NCBI RefSeq assembly: GCF_009914755.1
Contig: NC_060930.1
Source: the human T2T-CHM13v2.0 reference genome, Homo sapiens
Strand: one strand, 5' to 3'
DNA: 64,000 nt
Below the pieces are notes generated by a model. It did no database searches, was not told the origin of the DNA, and saw nothing but the letters and a program-made list of their open reading frames with translations. This document shows positions 59,109-64,000 of this stretch, one piece after another (the stretch's first letter is position 1; every line of letters starts with the position of its first letter). The position numbers and the translations under genes were made by a program.

Positions 59109-59960
59109 TGATCCACTAGCACAATTATTGCTTCCTGTTCCCATGACATTATGTTCTGCTGGCCTAGAGGTCTTAGTTCAAGAGGGAGGAATGCTGTCAC
59201 CAGGAAACACAACAATGATTCCATTAAATTGGAAGTTAAGATTGCGACCTGGCCACTTTGGGCTCCTCCTACTTCTAAATCAACAGTATGGAAGGGAGTT
59301 ATAGTGTTGGTTGGGGTGATTGACCTAGACTATCAAAATGAAATCAGACTAATACTCCACAGTGGAGGTAAGGAAGAGTATGTGTGGAATACAGGAGATC
59401 CCTTAGGGCATCTCTTAGTATTACCATGCCCTGTAATTAAGGTCATGGGAAACCACAACAACCCAATCCAGGGAGGAGGACTACAGATGGCCCAGAGCCT
59501 TCAGGAATGAAGGTTTGGGTCACTCTAACAGGTAAAAAAAACCACGACCTGCTGAGGTGCTTGCTGAAGGCATAGGGAATACAGAATGGGTAGTAGAAGA
59601 AGGTAGTCATCAATACCAGCTACAATCATGTGACCAGTTGCAGAAACGAGGATTGTAATTGTCATGAGTATTTCCTCCTTATTTTGTTTAGAACATGTTT
59701 GTGCATGTATAGACTTGTACTAAGAAAATCTTTTATTTCCTTTCTTTTATCATGTGACATAAGATTTATTGACTTCATATCAGCATTTAAGTGTTGTTAA
59801 CTTTATGTAATAGCATTTAGGTTAAGGATTAGTATGCTTCTGGTTGTATGAAGTGTATCTGTATTATTAGGTGTAATTATGATCTTATTATTGTCTTTCT
59901 TTGAAGATTATGTATGGTTTCAGGAGATGTGTATGGGTTCAAGTTGACAAGGGGTGGACT
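59109..59960 (+). mobile_element. HERV-L internal 3' end including frameshifted dUTPase
   Basis: SAGLEVLV..GNTTMIPLNWKLRLRPGHFGLL then KGVIVLVGVIDLDYQNEIRLILHSGGKEEYVWNTGDPLG (ORF 59151..59510); polypurine tract GACAAGGGGTGGACT before the LTR. Confidence 0.92.
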
Positions 59961-60518
59961 TGTGATGATTAATATTGAGTGTCAACCTGATTGGATTGAA
60001 GGATGCAAAGTATTGTTCCTGGGCGTGTCTGTGAGGGTGTTGCCAAAGGAGATTAGCATTTGAATCAGTGGACTGGGAGAGGCAGACCCACCCCCAAGCT
60101 GAGTGGGCATCATCTATTCAGCTGCCAGTGTGGCTAGAATATAAGCAGGCAGAAGGAAGGTGGAAGGAGCTGACTTGCTGAGTCTTCTGGCCTTCATCTT
60201 TATCCTGTGCTGGATGCTTCCTGCCCTCGAACATCAGACTCCAACTTTTTCAGCTTTTGGACTCTTGGACTTACGCCAGTGGTTTGCCAGGGGCTCTTGG
60301 GCCTCGGGCCATGGGCCATAGACTGAAGGCTGCCCTGTTGGCTTCCCTACTTTTGAGGTTTTGGGACTCGGACTGGCTTCCTTACTCTGCAGCTTGCAGA
60401 CGGTCTACTGTGGGACTTCACCTTGTGATCCTGTGAGTTAACACTCCCTAATAAACTCCCTTTCATACATATGTGAATCCTATTAGTTCTTTCCCTCTAG
60501 AGAACCCTCACTAATACA
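59961..60518 (+). mobile_element. MLT2A (A1/A2) 3' LTR of HERV-L
   Basis: TGTGATGATTAATATTGAGTGTCAACCTGATTGGATTGAAGGATGCAAAG start; AATAAA; CTAGAGAACCCTCACTAATACA end. Confidence 0.93.
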
Positions 60519-61036
60519 CCAGGGTAATGGAACACTTAGACCACTTTCTTTGGAAGTAATAGTTACTATCAAGAAGTTTATTTTATTTACTTGTAAAACC
60601 TACAAAGTTGAGTGGCAACAAAGCGATTGATAATTTTTGGAAAACACTGTGAACACAGCCCGCTGTCCCATAATTACTCCATGTTCCATCTCATGAGGAA
60701 ACCAGGCTCTGGGATATTCATCTGGTTTTGATCTTAGGGGTTACACACACAGCTCCATAAGATTATATGTGTGGTGAATGGAGATTCGGATTCCATTAAA
60801 TAGATTGGGAATTATTGGACAAATTCTCCACTTAGGCTTCTGAATTCCAGATGGATAACATATTCAGGTGCTTAGTGGATGCTTGGCTATGAATGACTAA
60901 TCCAGATTGCTGGTTTATCAGCTTTGCATGGTAGCTTTGGTTTAATGCAGGGCAAGAAAACCCATAGTTTGTTCTGACATGCTGAAGAACGGTTTGCTGT
61001 TGAACCAGGTTTCCTCTTATCCTTGATGATTTTCAG

Positions 61037-61112
61037 AAGAGAAAGCCTGTGAATCTTTGCTTGGGTAGTTCGTTTGAAACAGGTCATTATTCTTTTCATT
61101 AAGCACAGACAG
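61037..61112 (+). other. Candidate internal (non-coding) exon, 76 nt
   Basis: Acceptor TTTCCTCTTATCCTTGATGATTTTCAG| and donor CAG|GTAAGA; same strand as upstream promoter. Confidence 0.35.
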
Positions 61113-61586
61113 GTAAGAATGGTTTCCTGAAACATCTGGTTTGCAGCATTGGCCTCAGGCTCCTACATTCATGGTCATAATAAAATCAGGCTAAATAACC
61201 ACCTCTGCAGTCATGCTAGAGAAAGGGTTTTGCAGAAAAACAAGTAATGTAGCAAAATAGTGACAAATCAGTAACAAAAGACCAACCTGACTATTGTTGC
61301 CTGGCTAATGGGATAAGGTGATTGTGATTGTCATTTCGTCATAGTCAAGAACTGTCGCTCATTCATTTTCATATACACAACACTTTGAACAGTAGTTGAT
61401 ATGTTGTTGTTAGTAGAAAGATGTTTGTTGAGTGAATAACTCAAAAAAAATCAGAGGTATAGCAGTAGCAGCAGCATTCTCTGAGAGACTGACTGCTCAT
61501 TTAAATATTACAATACAGTATTAGCCATACACCTAATATGGAAAAGTATGCAGGGGTTCCTTGCTATTTTGCCACATAAAGATGGT

Positions 61587-62798
61587 GGTGGGCAGAATTC
61601 TACGATGACCCCCCAATGACCTATGCACTTGTATAATCCCCTCCTCTTGGGTTTGGGTGGGACCTTTAACTTGCTTCTAACTAATAAAATATGGTAAAGG
61701 TAAAGGGATTTTGTAGAGTAGTTAAGGTCCTTAATCAGTTGACTTTATAATAATTGAAAGGAAGATTATCCTGTGTGGACCTTAATTTGAGAGCCCTTTG
61801 GGTTCCAGTACCAGAGCAACTAGCAGCCCTGTCCTAGCAGGGAACAAAGGGAGCTGGATGTGGGTGTTTTCGGTGTGCCTTTCATGGGACACTTCTGAAA
61901 CCTGGTGGATGGCCTAATGCCTAGTTGTCTGACCCATGACCAGGGGGTTCCTTACCTGGGAAACTTGTTTGTATTGGCAGACACCCTTGTGGCTCTGTGT
62001 GAGCTGCGTCCAGTTTATGATTACCTCAATCCACCACCACAATAGGAAACAAGCTAAAAGATTTTTACTTACAGATCTTGGGCAAGGAGGGTGTGATGAT
62101 GTGGGTGGGCAGTCCTCTATCCTAAAGTCAGGCAAGGCAGGAATGAAGAGTTGGGCAGAGAGAGGGTGTGTGTGGCAACTAGCAGTGTATATAAGGGAAT
62201 AGGCTGTGGGCCCTCCAAGTTCGGGGGCAAATGCCGGAATCAATGGTCCCCTTAAAGGAAGTGGCAGGAAAGGGGGACCCAGTCTAATAGGCAGGAGAGA
62301 TGCCTCTAAGTTCTCATCTCTGGCCACCAGCTTGAGCCATGTAGGTGTGGTGTCAGACTGGAAACTGCCAGGGGTCACTGAGCCCTGCTTCTGCAGGAGA
62401 AAGTTAAACTTGCATTCAGAATGGATGCTGAGGCAACACAAAATTATAAGAATGCATTATAGGTCTGACCGAACCAGGTGAGCATTCTGAAAGAAACTCT
62501 AGGGGTCAGAAAGCTGAAGAAATCAGCTAGCCTGGAAGAAATGAGCTGACCTGAGTTATACAGCTGCGATGTAATGGATTCAGCCAACAACCCTGTGAAC
62601 ATGCCCAAGAACCCAGCCTCAGAGGAGCCCCCAGCCCTGGCTAACACTCTTGATTCCAGCCTTGTGAGATCCTGAGCAGAGAACTCACTAAGTCATGCCT
62701 GGAAACCTGCCCATAGAAACCACGAGATAAGAAGTGTGTGTTGTTTTCAGCCACTCAATTTGAGATACTTTGTTACATGGAGATGGAAAACGAATACA
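61587..62798 (+). mobile_element. MLT1E-like LTR interrupted by an ERVL LTR
   Basis: GGGCAGAATTCTACGATGACCCCCAATGA start; CAGCCTTGTGAGATCCTGAGCAGAGAAC...AAAACGAATACA end. Confidence 0.8.
61790..62460 (-). mobile_element. ERVL LTR (MER54/MER74-like) nested in MLT1E
   Basis: GGCCTAATGCCTAG..TGTCTGACCCATGACCAGG..GGAAACTTGTTTGTATTGGCAGACACCCTTGTGGCTC; MLT1E resumes at GGTCTGACCGAACCAGGTGAGC. Confidence 0.6.
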
Positions 62799-63233
62799 CA
62801 GGGCATCTGCAGATATTTATGGCATGCCTTGTCTCTGTTTTATCAAAGTGCTGTGTATTTAGTGTGTGAGACATAGATAGCAGCGAATGCTAGTTATGCC
62901 CTGCAACCTGTGTTTCCATTCATGTTAAAGTATCATCCTGTATGTGGCATCTTGAACCAAATGAAGATTTTGGGAAGAGGTTTTGCTTTCCCTTTTTTGG
63001 ATGTTGTGGGTCACCAGGCAACTTCATTGATCACGTCAGACATCAGTGGATCAACTGGCACATGCAGCAGTCTTAAGACAGTTCCATAAAAGTTCTGTCA
63101 GCTTTTTACAAAATGTCACTTGTGATAAAATGTTGACAGTTCTTTGTATGTATTAGCTGCACTTTCAGTATTGTTCTGGCTGATAATAATGATGGTTAGC
63201 TTAAAGGAGCACTCTTCAGCATCATGGGTTATG

Positions 63234-63459
63234 CCAACCAACCAACCAACCTTCCTTCCTCCCTCCCTCCCTTTCCTTCCTTCCTTCCTTCCATTTATTT
63301 ATTTATTTATTTATAAATAAAAGATTAACTCTTGCTCTGTTTCCAAGGCTGGAGTGCAGTTGTAGCTCACTTCAGCCTTCAACACCTGGTTTCAAGCAGT
63401 CCTCTCGCCCTAGCCTTCTGAGTAACTGGGACTACAGGTGAGAGCCACTGTGCCCAGCT
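63234..63459 (-). mobile_element. Free Alu monomer (FLAM/FRAM) with compound microsatellite tail
   Basis: Single monomer GGCTGGAGTGCAG...GAGCCACTGTGCCCAGC; (CCAA)(CCTT)(ATTT) tail; TSD GGTTATGCCAAC/GGTTATATCAAC. Confidence 0.85.
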
Positions 63460-64000
63460 GGTTATATCAACTTTTAATGCAACATTTGTCTTCAGCTTGA
63501 TACTTTTCAGTTTGTTGTATTTTCTAGTTTGGACCTGAGATTATTATGGACATGGCTCTCGTGGCTTCTTCTAGATCATCATAGGCAATGTGAAAGGAAC
63601 TAGGGAAGTTATTTGAGTTATTTAGTCCTTAACATTATCTATGTAATCAAAAGTGAGCTTTTGTTTGAGAGGTAGGAAAAAACAAGTAAAAGAAAAAAGA
63701 AGATAGTGGATTAAGGCAGAATATGACTTGCACTAATGGGCAACTAGTCTTATTTGACAGAAAATGGAGTTTAAACACATTTTTCTATCCTGATTCTTAT
63801 GAAGTCTGAGAAGAGCTCTCTTCTAGTTTTAGATATTTTTAGTGTGTTTGCTTGTAGGAGGCAATCACAACTCAATGGAAATAAGTGGTGACGGATGCTT
63901 CAGGAGAGGGATTTGCGTGTAGATTGGCTCTCTGGACCTGCCCCTCTTCCATTGAGAGAGACAAGTTGGGTAGTTTGCACCAATTAGATACACTGATGTG

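Noticed and set aside
59151-59510. Functional retroviral dUTPase
   Set aside because: The domain is split by a frameshift near 59285; only the C-terminal part is in this ORF.

Overview
Primate (human-like) nuclear genomic DNA, dominated by interspersed repeats: about 19 Alus plus one free monomer, many MaLR LTRs (MLT1, MST, THE1), ERV1/ERVL LTRs, two decayed ERV-L internal fragments (pol; dUTPase), old L1/L2/MIR pieces and hAT-Charlie MITEs. I can support no intact protein-coding sequence, RNA gene or CRISPR array. The supplied ORFs are chance or repeat-derived. There are two CpG islands. The one at ~54.2-54.85 kb is a TATA-less promoter (GC box, CRE, AP-1, CCAAT, ETS) with a likely non-coding first exon and a + strand intron running to the window end; I do not recognise the gene. 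The one at ~13.15-14.06 kb is the most unusual feature: part of it is an ancient local duplicate of the 3' junction of the neighbouring MLT1D LTR. That duplicate is CpG-rich, carries a strong splice donor and may start a + strand lncRNA. A sense-oriented HERV-L/MLT2A LTR in the putative first intron is a candidate alternative promoter. I found no convincing wholly new biological system; the findings are testable hypotheses. Repeat subfamily names come from recalled consensus features, not a database search, and boundaries of old elements are approximate.
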